DNA of 64,000 nt from Octopus sinensis (taxonomy: Eukaryota). A program made the translations under genes and the position numbers. Positions 51,517 to 63,000 of this stretch are shown here, piece after piece. Every line of letters starts with the position of its first letter. Position 1 is the first letter of the stretch. The DNA lies in the NCBI RefSeq assembly GCF_006345805.1, contig NC_042997.1, positions 50,468,001 to 50,532,000 of the forward strand, in the 5' to 3' direction. The notes below the pieces were generated by a model. The model was not told where the DNA came from, did not search any database, and saw only the letters and a list, made by a program, of their open reading frames with translations.

Positions 51517-51946
51517 ATTTAAAAGGATTCTTCCTTTAGACAAGCTAGCATTTTACAAAAACAATCATTATGCTAGCAACCAATCTACTTTCAAAAGATA
51601 TAATGAAAATAGTTCCATAACGCAAGAAAGTCATGAAGTTGTGTGAGCTTATTGCAAAGTGAGTGAACTCAATCTTAGGGGTAGGTTTACTAAAATTTGC
51701 ATAGTTGCGATTACAACGAACTTTAACACCAGAAACAAATCAGATTGCTAGGAGATATTAGTTTACTACAGAGGAGAGTTTCTAGCAGTAGAAAAGGCAT
51801 GATTAAAAATATCCAACTAACACTATAACCAGAGTATAACAATTGTATTTCATTCTACAGCTGTGGATGACACAGTAGACACAATAGTTTCAAATTTAGC
51901 ACAAGTTACTTTTTAAAATCTTCCGGTACACAGACCACAAATTAGT

Positions 51947-52156
51947 TATTTCTTTATTGCCCACAAGGGGATAAACATAGAGGGGACAAACAAAGGGATT
52001 AAGTCGAGTGCGTATCTGGTACTTAATTTATCGATCCCCGAAAGGATGAAAGGCAAAGTCGACCTTGGCGGAATTTGAACTCAGAATGTAACGGCAGGCG
52101 AAATACCCGCGAGCATTTTGCCCGGCGTGCTAACGCTTCTGCCAGCACGCTGCCTT
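51947..52156 (-). mobile_element. SINE family A with a 17-bp target-site duplication
   Basis: TSD ACAGACCACAAATTAGT at 51930-51946 and 52157-52173. Confidence 0.92.
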
Positions 52157-52329
52157 ACAGACCACAAATTAGTAAACTGCACTATACCTTAGATAAGCTT
52201 CGTAGGCAGGTACTTGGTCACTAAAAGGTGAACGCCTCTCTCAGAGCGTACTGAATTTACAGAAACCAGATTAGCGAATTAGTTAAGCAGGAGTTGAAGG
52301 GGGTAACCGTCGACAACAAATGAGGATTC

Positions 52330-52570
52330 ATCCTGAAAAGGACGATTAAAGTAGAATCAATTAGGTTTAGTAAAATCGTAGTGATAGCGAATAGGAGACT
52401 TGATTAGGAACTTGGAAAAAGCATCACATCCGAAATACTTGCGGTGAGATTAGCCCTCGACCAGTTCTTCAACTCGAAGTATGAAGATTGTACGTGCTCT
52501 AAGACACGAAGGGGACGAAGTCGCTCGATGGCCTCGGGTGGCAGAAGTGCAACGTGGTGATAAATCCATA
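52330..52570 (+). mobile_element. Old Tx1-like ORF2 fragment (EN-RT linker)
   Basis: Aligns by eye to 61640-61915 (GCCCTCGACCA...TTCAAC...GTGCTCTAAG...CGGGTGGCAGA). Confidence 0.6.
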
Positions 52571-53112
52571 ATTTGATCTTTTGCGAACTATAATAGGTGT
52601 ATAGTGATGTCGATTAAGTGACATCCTATAATTTAATGAGCATGAAAGAAAGAGGGGTCACCATCTTGTACGTAGTAACAATAAAATAGGAATTCGCGAG
52701 ACGTTAGCAATAAGTCATAACATATTTATTACAGGAGGTAATGCGTTAACATATAAGGTTAATTGAAGTAAAGGTCTGTAACATTACATAAACATATTCT
52801 TTTTTGCAATCACGTCTGCAAGTAAGTGAGGCGAACGTACGCGCGAGCGGTTGCGTGTGTGGCGGCCTGACTCAATGCCGGTCTAAGACTGGACAGACAC
52901 TGAATAAATTCCTTTATTGCTTATAAGGGCATACATAGAAAAGCACAAACGAGGGGCCAGGGACAAACAACGGACAGTTTTTACAGGGGAAGGGGTAGTG
53001 GTGTTGGGTTTACAAACAAGAAATCTGCGATGAAAAGCGGTATGAAGTTAAAAATTAAATGTAAATTAAAATATTTAGTAAAAATATACTGAATACACAC
53101 ACACAGATTTAT

Positions 53113-53150
<38 letters not shown>

Positions 53151-53289
53151 GGTTGAAAATATGTGGAAAAAAATATAAAAAGTGGAAGAGAAAAGCTTTC
53201 GTTTCAGATAGTTTAATAACTTTTTATAAATATATATATATATGGATGTCGTGAAATTTAATAGGTTTTGACTATTTAAATTAGCTTTT

Positions 53290-53890
53290 CAAGGGACATT
53301 GTACAGTTATCAATTTGCATGACAGAGGGGTCCGTCATATATATATATATATAGAGAGAGAGAGTTTGACCCCACCAGATTTGCGGGGCATTCTTGGAGA
53401 TCTGGATGATATTTATTTTTTCCTCTCTGCTGACGAGAATGGAGGCGGCTACCCACGCTGCTTCCACCACTGGAGGAATGTTTTTTATTTTTTAATCGGG
53501 CCGTCCTTCTACCCAGATACAGTGGAAAAACAGTATATTTCCACTTTGCACTGTTCAAGCCGAGAAGTCTCTGGCCTTCTCAGCTGACTCGGACTGCGCT
53601 TCTATTGTCGCAAACCTTATGCCTCTGGACAGATATTTGATTTCGTTCAACACCAGCCCAAGGCATTTTTCGATTGTTGATTCTTCTAAGTGTTCGAATT
53701 TTTAGAATTGAAGACTTTATAAATTATGGTCTTTTCTTTGGTTCTAGTTATCATTTCCGCAGGCGGCGTCAGTTTGCTTTGTCCTTCGGTTTCTGTAATT
53801 AGTCCGAAATACTGTTGTACTTCCTCTGGTTTTATCCAATTTTTTCTCCGCTGCCTACAGCGGCGGCAAAATTCAACTTCTTTGGCTGTT
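53290..53890 (-). pseudogene. LINE ORF1-like remnant Y (N-terminal part)
   Basis: MALVEQPKKLNFAAAVG...IEKCLGLVLNEIKYLSRGIRFATIE...KWKYTVFPLYLGRRTARL; homologous to remnant X; frameshifted. Confidence 0.55.
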
Positions 53891-53959
53891 CGACCAAAGC
53901 CATTTCACAATAATAATAATAATAATTTCATAGTAAAAAATACAAGAATAGAAAAATAG

Positions 53960-54645
53960 TGTTCCGCGAGGAACGCAGTCAACAATTCACACAAAAAAAT
54001 TTTCTGCTCCTCCCCCTTGCTGTTCTGTATTTTTTGGTCTTCATCTCTGCTCTCCGCATCTACCTTCTCCGTACCATCCTTCGACTTCACGTTCCTGCTA
54101 CTTTCCTCTTGTCTCACCTCCATTGATATTTGGTTGTTAAGAAGGAGGCAATTCACTTTGATTATGGCCTTCTCTCTGTAGTGGTAGCATGTGGGCGGTC
54201 TTCCCTCCACTACCACACACAGCTTCAACTCTTCTGGCAACTCTATCTCTTTTGTTATTTCTTGTATGTCTGGTGCGGTATCCTGGATTATGACTTCCAG
54301 GCCATATCCCCAACAGTTTAGTTGTTTAGTACGGCTTACCTGCAGCACTTGAGAGTCTTCCTTTTTGTCTATTAGAATAGCTGTGAGCAGCACATCTCGT
54401 TAATCTCTGGGGGCACCCAGCAATCATCACTCTCACCCTTCGCTTCCCAAGGTATGTTGGCAGGCGTGCCCATTTTTCAGTTTTCAAGGTTACGGTGGAG
54501 TGCTTTGCTGCCTCCTCCACAGTCGGGAAGCGCACCTCCACCGTATCAAACTTCCTTCCTTTACAGTAGTATTCCTTGTTATTTATTTTTTTTCAAGCAT
54601 TCTTCCAAATCTTCTTCGTCCCCACTGGGGGAGAAAATACAACAA
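53960..54645 (-). pseudogene. LINE ORF1-like remnant X with decayed CCHC zinc knuckle
   Basis: EECLKK...CKGRKFDTVEVRFPTVEEA...LPTYLGKRRVRV...VVEGRPPTCYHYREKAIIKVNC (decayed CX2CX4HX4C). Confidence 0.65.
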
Positions 54646-54769
54646 AAGTAAGTAATACGACAAGTCAAACAATCGCCAACAATAGGTAAACGAAGAACAA
54701 CTTATCCGTTACGATGCAAAAATCAACTGGGAATCACGATACAAAATCAACTGAGTAGACAGACAGACA

Positions 54770-55010
54770 CTAGGTGGCGCGAATTTAGAAATTTGTTCCT
54801 TTATATAAGGGATGAACCGGAAGTCCCCGACTTCTACGTTAACCGAAAGCTTCTAGAATGTTCTGGAACTTTCTAGAAGGTCGAGGGAGATTACTCTTGT
54901 TAGATCCCTTTTCCGTTTTGCTTTCCTGCTTCACCGCCATGATTCACTACAGGTGTATGTAAAGATTTAAAACAGTATTTCATTTGATTGTTCGGAACAA
55001 ATGGCGGGCC
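54770..55010. promoter_or_regulatory. Compact promoter: CTCF-like, TATA (-), ETS/GABP, HSE, TCT/TOP initiator (+), Kozak ATG, YY1-like
   Basis: ACTAGGTGGCGC (54769-54780), TATATAAA on minus (54800-54807), ACCGGAAGT (54816-54824), CCCTTTTCC (54906-54914), CACCGCCATG (ATG 54939), GTATGT donor (54955), AAATGGCGG (54999-55007). Confidence 0.6.
54850..54879. promoter_or_regulatory. Perfect six-pentamer heat-shock element
   Basis: cTTCtaGAAtgTTCtgGAActTTCtaGAAg, alternating nTTCn/nGAAn in exact register. Confidence 0.85.
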
Positions 55011-55074
55011 GGAATGTAAGATGAATTTCAGACCCTACCTCGACGACCTGTCGCAACTCTCGGCAAGATGGTTT

Positions 55075-56590
55075 GCTGCATAAGGGGCAAATTGCCTGGT
55101 TTAGATGGTCTATTCTATGAGCTTTACTTTTACACGCCAGACTTGTCTGGAGACCTCTTCGCTAATACCTACCGCAATTAACCATAGAACGGAAGAATTA
55201 CCAGCTCTGTGAGTCGATGACCACTGGCATAGCAAGAAAGGACCCAAACAAGGGGGATCACATTGATAATGTCCAGTCCATAACTCTGTAAAACGCTGAT
55301 TTCAAAACTTTTGCCAAGTTATTAACAAAGGGGTTGCCATTTGTCTGATTGGTGATGTGCAATAATGCGTCATTCTAAGCAAGATCTCTCCTCGACAACT
55401 TCTACGTCATGCGATACATCATAGGGATGGTGTGTAAAAAAAATCTGGTAAGCGCGTGGCTCTTATCAATGTAAATCGACTACAAGTTTTTGATAGGATT
55501 GGTCACCAATACCTGACAGCTGTTCTCACAGCAGCCAGTTTCGGTTTCGGATAACGAAAAACCTGGCTGATGACGGTCAAGGCTGATCTGGAACCCAACC
55601 TAGGCCCCCATATCTACGGCGTTCGCCGCTGGAATAAGGAGTGGTTGGAGATCACGCGGTCGTTAGCCTCAAATCGCCAAGCTTGGTCGGCGTTTGTGAG
55701 AGATGCAGCACTGAGGATGAATGAAGCCAGCTCAACCCACCCCGGGTGAATGCTGTAAGAAGAAGAAAGAAGAAGCCGGTTTCGGTTACATTTTCTCGAC
55801 TTCCTTACAGCAATGTAGAGTAACACCAGGTTCGATGAATGACTACCTTACGGAACCATTCATTATTTTGCGCTCGGTTCATCAATGTTGTCCCTTCTCA
55901 TCTCTTCTTTATATACTGACACTTGAGCCACTATTGCGAAAAGTAAAGACGTTGAGGAACAGCCCATGCGAGCTAGGACTAAGAGAACCGCGTTGGCATT
56001 CGCGGAAAACATCACCGTCACATGATCGGCACAATTCTGAGGAAATATAGTGCCAAGACCAAAACAAAAGAAATAAATAAAAGGAAAGACAATCAAAGTA
56101 AGTCAGTGAGCCTGCAACTCCGTTCCTGGAGAGGTAATTCCTTGCCGCCTAAGAGTGACGTGTGACATTGGACGGACGGACTCGCTAAATCGTTTGGGGA
56201 TAGTCTGGTTCAGATTTTCAGTGGAAAAGAAATGGGACGAAATGACGAGCAGGATGACCAATCTCACCTTGAAATGGATTACGAGAAAGCTATCCGTTTG
56301 ATTGTCGCGCTTAGCTCCAGTTCATTCCTGGCCGGGCTGGAGCAACTATTCTGTTTTCTGTGGACGAGACGCTTTTTGCTGTTCAGGCTCGCTGTTGTCA
56401 ATACTCGCTGAATGGAGATGTCGTGGCTGATGATGCGCTGACATACTCTGGGGCAGCAACTTCTCCAGCCTTTCCTTGTAAACGAACAGGGTGGTCACCG
56501 TTTGTCAGACACGCTTCACCGCAGCTTGTCTATTGACTGAGCTGCAGTCCTGGATATAGCGTTGACCGAAGCAGGATGCCTAGCACGTGA
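55075..56590 (+). pseudogene. Degenerate Tx1-clade reverse transcriptase
   Basis: PGLDGLFYELY, KDPNKGDHIDN..SITL*NADFKTFAKLL, RSVHQCCPFSSLLYILTLEPLLRK are homologous to the young copies; many stops. Confidence 0.8.
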
Positions 56591-57215
56591 AAGGCCTTCA
56601 GGCACTCACACTACTCTGTCAGTTGGACAATATCTTGGTGTTCTGTAGAAGCATAGATGTGGGCAAGAGCGACGACGTTCTCTCGGGAGCTCTGAGAGTT
56701 AACGAGAATCAACTGGCTAGTCTGTCGAGAGCGCGTAAGGATATTTTCTGCATTGATTTCATTCTGAAGACGATACAATTTCGCACCAACGTTCGATTTG
56801 CAAGACGAAGTCACTTGGCTTTTTGTTGTGCTGGCATTAATTGCGGTGCTGGTGATGGAGGTACAGTTTGTAAGAGTGTCGAAGCGACAATTTAATTGTT
56901 TGTCTTTCTTTACAACATTCTCATTTCTGCTTTTGTTTTCTTTTTCGACGCTATAGTTAAAGTTCTTTCCATTTTCCTTGTTGTTGGTCGTCGTCGTTAC
57001 TGTTATTGTTGTTCTGGCTGGCAATGTTGGGGGATGCTTTGTTGTGACAGTGGAAAGGCAGAATAAAAAAAACCTGTTTTCAACTCTCACTCACTGATAT
57101 TTCACCGAAAAATTGAACGCCATTCTTAATATATTTGAAGGAGTGACTAAATCCTATAAGATCTTTGAGAAACAACAGTTAAGCTAAAAACAAAACGATT
57201 CTGTTAGCTCGCCGC

Positions 57216-57268
<53 letters not shown>

Positions 57269-57604
57269 CAGTGACAGGAACAACAATAACAACAACAGCA
57301 GTATGAATGTGATCATTAATAATAAAAACACAGTGGCTTGTTAAACAAATATAGGAGTATATTGTAAGGAGACAGCAGCTGCCGTTGTATATCGTAAGAT
57401 AAAGTAACCACTAAAAGTCATTGATTTATGGAAGCTTGCAAGGACAAGAAAGAAATAAGCTAATGAATTCTTTTTGCTGTTCAACAAGGACGATTCATGC
57501 CTTTTCTTCATTTATTTATCTTTTGTTTTCTTACCAAGATTTTTTATTCATAATTTTTTGGGGGCCTGATTTCGTTTCTCTATCACCATTTAACTCTATA
57601 ATTT

Positions 57605-57619
57605 TCTATCTATCTATCT

Positions 57620-57675
<56 letters not shown>

Positions 57676-57676
57676 C

Positions 57677-57755
<79 letters not shown>

Positions 57756-57776
57756 ATCTGTCTATCTATCTATCTG

Positions 57777-57839
<63 letters not shown>

Positions 57840-57865
57840 GTCTTATCTGTCTATCTATCTATCTG

Positions 57866-57917
<52 letters not shown>
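57605..57917. repeat. (TCTA)n microsatellite, 5' flank of Tx1 copy A
   Basis: Direct reading; CCTA, TCTG and TCTTA variants. Confidence 0.97.
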
Positions 57918-59941
57918 GGCAGTCCTGAGAGCGGCTGGTTTCGGTCCCGTCTTCCGCGGCTGGATAGCTGCCTTGTACAGAGGCATCCGTTCGGTAATTC
58001 GCGTAAATGGACATCTATCGAGACCTTTCGACATTGCACGTTCGGTCCGTCAGGGATGCCCCCTCTCGGCGCTTCTATACGTATTGACTCTTGAGCCACT
58101 ACTGCGGAAGCTGGCGACTCTAAGGGGCATCCCGCGAGAATTGGATGCGGGACGAGCGTGTCTGCATACGCGGACGACGTCACCGTCATAGTGTCTAGCC
58201 ACGAGCACATCGAGCTGGTCGGCGAGACACTTGAAAAACTACGAAGCGGTGACAGGAGCGAAAATCAACCGGGAAAAGTCAGTGGGCTTGCGACTAGCCT
58301 GGAGAAGCAAGCCCATGCCGTCCACCAGCGCCTCCGTCGTGGGACGCTGGACCGACGGCCCGGTTGAGTTGCTCGGGGTCTGGTTGGTCCGGACCTCCAA
58401 GTGGAGAAGAACTGAACGAGATAACGAGTAGGGTGGTCACTCTCGCCCGGCAATGGCCGAGAGGAAACTGTCCCTAAAAGGTCGAGCGGAGGTGGCGAAC
58501 ACGTACATCGCGTCCGTCATCTACTACGCCTGACCGTCTACCTGTCCCGACCCTACCATCACCAACTACAACGCATCCTCTTTCGCTTCTTGTGGAAAGG
58601 ATGCGTCCCGATGGTCAGGCGATCCATTTGCTGTCAAAACCCGTTAAAAGGAGGGCTGGGCATGCCGTGGTTGATGATGCGCAGACACGCACTGAGACTG
58701 CGACATCTCTGGCTCTATGTAGACGACGGTGAACAGGTGTGGTCGCCGTTTGTGAGGCACGCTTTCCCGCAGCTCGTCTCCATGACCGAACTGCAGTCGT
58801 GGATCAAAAAGAGGCCGAGGAAGGGCGAATGGCACCGCGAGTGTCGCGTTGCTCTCAAGCAACTCTGCCGTCCTGGGTCGACCTTAAGTGACTTCAACAC
58901 AACCAAAGCATTCTATAGGGGTTTAGTGGAGGGGTAGGTACGACGACGAGCTCGGGGCAACCTGGACGTCGACGAGGAGTACCTGACCCGCCTGTTCGGG
59001 ACGACTTTCGGGCCAGGGCCCATGGACAACTTCCAGAGATCCCTGCCTGGCAGTGCTACCGAGAAGCGCTACCCGTTCGGGATAAGCTCTACAGACACGG
59101 CTCGAGAAACAACGGGGCCGACCTGCCCGAGATGCGGTCAGAGCGACGAAACCGTTCTGCACGCACTCGTTCAGTGTCCACATTTCCGACCTGTGGGCTT
59201 ATGTCGAACAATGCTGTCACGTGTGGGACGAGTCGGTTTATCAGCTGAGTCTATCGTCAATATTGTCACGCCTCCTTCCTTCAAACGGGAAGGAAGAGCT
59301 ATTTTCATCATCCTTGTGGCTATGGCGAAAGAATGTATCGGGTGGACGCGTTCTGAAAGGATTGGAGACAACAACTTTCCTCTCTGGTCAATCTCTCATC
59401 AACTTCTTCAAGTACCACTTGAAAAGGAAAGTGAGAGTAGAGAGGCAAGTTTTGTCTAGCGATGTTTTAAAAAAGATGGGTGAATGTAGCAAGAATGGCA
59501 CGTATGAATGACGAAGCCACTTGAGCATAGTCCTATAACCCAGAAATCGAAAACAGAGAGTTGCTTATTTGCAAAAAAAAAAAAAAAAAAAAAAAGGGAT
59601 AATAAATGTGACTTCATTGACCGAGGTTACCGTGGTCTTTTCCGCAGGCTTTTCTTTCCACGGGTAAAACCTCACCTGTCCTCCCCTTTACACTTCATAT
59701 TGACATTTCTGTGATAACGATCCTATTGATCATTTTTTTTTCCTCTCCCCCCCCCCTTTTTTTTTTTTTTTAACCCCCCTTATTTTTGTCCTCTTTCTCT
59801 CCTTTTACGATCCCTTTTGATCGAACTCCTCCCCTTCCTTTTTTTTTTTTTTTTTTTTTTTTTAATACTTCAAAAGAAAAGCTCTACCTTGTAATTTGTT
59901 CTATCTGTGTGCAGCATGCCTGTGTGGCTAATAAAGAAACA
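57918..59941 (+). mobile_element. Tx1-clade non-LTR retrotransposon, copy A (5'-truncated inside RT, complete 3' end)
   Basis: SVRQGCPLSALLYVLTLEPL, YADDVT, GGLGMP, C-terminal CPRCGQSDETVLHALVQCP; pyrimidine-rich 3' UTR; AATAAA then (TCTA)n. Confidence 0.93.
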
Positions 59942-59983
<42 letters not shown>

Positions 59984-59995
59984 CCTATCTATCTA

Positions 59996-60045
<50 letters not shown>

Positions 60046-60087
60046 GTCTTATCTGTCTATCTATCTATCTGTCTATCTATCTATCTA
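59942..60087. repeat. (TCTA)n microsatellite between Tx1 copies A and B
   Basis: Direct reading. Confidence 0.97.
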
Positions 60088-63000
60088 CCATCAACAGCAA
60101 AACCCAAAGGAACAGAAAAACAAAGAAAACACACACAAACTGATCCCCCATCCCTTATACCGCACTCAACACACACAAACACTCAACAACCAACAACAAC
60201 GAAAACAACAACACAACCACTTACACAGACATACATAGAAGCCCACAACATACCCCTACCCCCTTCTGATTCCTCAGAAATTTCGTCGGAAGACGAAACC
60301 AGTGAGGAATGGCAAATAGCTACAAAAAGAAGGAAAATAAAGAGCAGAAACACAACCAAACCAAATGCAAACACGAACAAAGCAGGGGGAAATACATCTC
60401 CCCGAAGACATTTCAAAACCCAACGCAAACAACAGCCACACCAACACCACAAAAAACATATACAGCAAACATGCTCACAGCCATAGACACCAAAAACACA
60501 AATTTGATGGAATACATCCATCAAAAACAAACATAACAGAAGATGACATAAAAACAAACAACCACCCATACACAACACCACCAGGACCACATCAAAATAA
60601 TACACATCTCCAAAAGTCTGCACCACACACTCAAAGGCATTTTCCCCAGTGCGGTTGGTAAATGCCAAAAATATCTCACAAAGAAACTGTACTGGGATCT
60701 TCTCGAGGACAAACCAACGGAGGAGAAAGCAAAAACTTTCGAGCAGTAAGTAACCCTCTGTATTCTAATTCATTAGAACTATGATCAATATTGGTTGTGT
60801 AAATGCGCGTGGCTTGGGGTCCCCTTGGAAACAAGGGTACCTCTTAAATGACATAAAGTCACATAAGTTAGAAATCATAGCCAAAGCGAGACCAGACTCC
60901 ACAATCCGCGGGCCCTAAAGACCATGTTTGGCGGACAGTTCAACATTTATTTTTCCCCCTGTCTGCCGAGAATGGGCGGTAGTGGCACCGCGGTACTTTT
61001 TCACAAGAGTCTGGATCTCAATGTAAGGACAATATTCGTAGACCCGGAGGGTAGACTGGTCGTCCTGGATGTCGACGGCAGCAATGGGTGCGCTTTTCGG
61101 CTCGTATCAGTTTACGCACCGCCCTTAACAGGTCGGGCGGATTTCTTTCAACGTCTAGAAGTTTTCTTGGGAACGTCTCGTCCTTTACTCTTAGTGGGGG
61201 ATTGGAATGCTACCTTGGACACGCATGTAGACTACGTGGGTAGAGATAGGAATAGACGGGGATGCAAATGCCTCAGAGACCTGCTCAGACGCTTTCAACT
61301 GTCTGACAGGTTTCGACTAGACCACCCGAATGCGCCAACGTGGACATGGAGCAACCGCATCGGTCGTCGAGATCGTATCTAGATAGGATACTGTGTAGGA
61401 CAGTAGATAGAGATAGCATAGGATGTCCACAATTCCACATAGTCAGCTACACGGATCACAAACTTGTGACATGTACGCTAGACTTAGGTAAGACACTTAG
61501 GCAGGGGTCCCGGATACTGGAAACTAAACGCGTCTTTCCCATCGAGACAAGTTTTCAGAGACCGGATTAGCACACTAGTAAAGAGGGCTTTGACGGGAGC
61601 CATCATCAACAACAAATGGTGGTTTGCCCTCAAGAGAGCAGTAAAAGCAGAAGCGATTAGGTACAGCAAAGCACTAGCCATAGATAGAAATAGAGTAGAG
61701 GGTGAGCTAGTTAGAAGCTAGAAGAGGCAATTAGAAGCGGCATCGCATCCGACGTTTTGGGCGCGAGGTTGGCCCTCGACCAACACTTCAACGCCAAACA
61801 CGAAGGATGTGCTGTCAGAGCTAGGATGCGTGCTCTAAGGAACGAAGGTGGTGGAGCGCGAGAGAGGCCCGGGTGGCAGAGGCGCAACACAGGGCAACAA
61901 AGCCACCATTCGGTCACTGGTAGATGAACAGGGGCGCGAATTGCTCGAGCCAAGTAAAATGTGTGAGGCCTTTCAGCAGCATTTTGCCCGAACTGTTCGG
62001 AACGAGTGGAGGGCAAGAACGTAGGGTGGACTTCAGTGCCTACCTACTAGTAGCCTACCACGACTCTCGACAAGAAAGGCAGGTGCTGCGAAGGTGCCAT
62101 CACGGCGGCGGAAGTGCGGGAAGCGATGGCAGAATGCTCGAAGGACAAATCACCGGGTTTGGATGGTCTACCCTACGAGCTTTACAATTGTATGCAGACT
62201 TGTTTGGAGATCTCTTGGCGGCGGTGTACTGCAACTGGCAGCAAAACGGGAGCATTCCTGGTTTTGTGAGCCGAGGAGCCGTAACACTGCTGAAGAAAGA
62301 TCTAAACAAGGGAAATGTAATAGATAACTTTAGGCCCATCACTCTGCTTAATGCAGACTTGAAAATTTTGGCCAAGGTGCTAGCCAAGAGGTTGGCGCTT
62401 GTCATCGAGAAACTGGTCGACAAGGCGCAAACATGCGCGCCGTGCCAGGCCGGACCATCCATGACAACTCCATCTGATGCGCTACATCATAGACAGGGTA
62501 GTTAACGACCTGGCATGGGTGGGGCCTGATCAACTTGGATCAATCAAAAGCCTTTTGATAGGGTAGACCATCGATACTTGGAGGCAGTCCTGAGAGCGGC
62601 TGGTTTCGGTCCCGTCTTCCGCGGCTGGATAGCTGCCTTGTACAGAGGCATCCGTTCGGTAATTCGCGTAAATGGACATCTATCGACCTTTCGACATTGC
62701 ACTTCGGTCCGTCAGGATGCCCCCTCTCGGCGCTTCTATACGTATTGACTCTTGAGCCACTACTGCGGAAGCTGGCGACTCTAAGGGGCATCCCGCGAGA
62801 ATTGGGATGCGGACGAGCGTGTCTGCATACGCGGACGACGTCACCGTCATAGTGTCTAGCCACGAGCACATCGAGCTGGTCGGCGAGACACTGAAAAACT
62901 ACGAAGCGGTGACAGGAGCGAAAATCAACCGGGAAAAGTCAGTGGCTTGCGACTAGGCACCTGGAGAAGCAAGCCATGCCGTCCACCAGCGCCTCCGTCG

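Noticed and set aside
12871-52156. tRNA genes suggested by A and B boxes
   Set aside because: All continue into SINE bodies and lack a full cloverleaf.
52800-52910. CpG-rich patch with GTAAGT donor and AP-1 (TGACTCA) motif
   Set aside because: Isolated short motifs with no exon or promoter architecture to support them.
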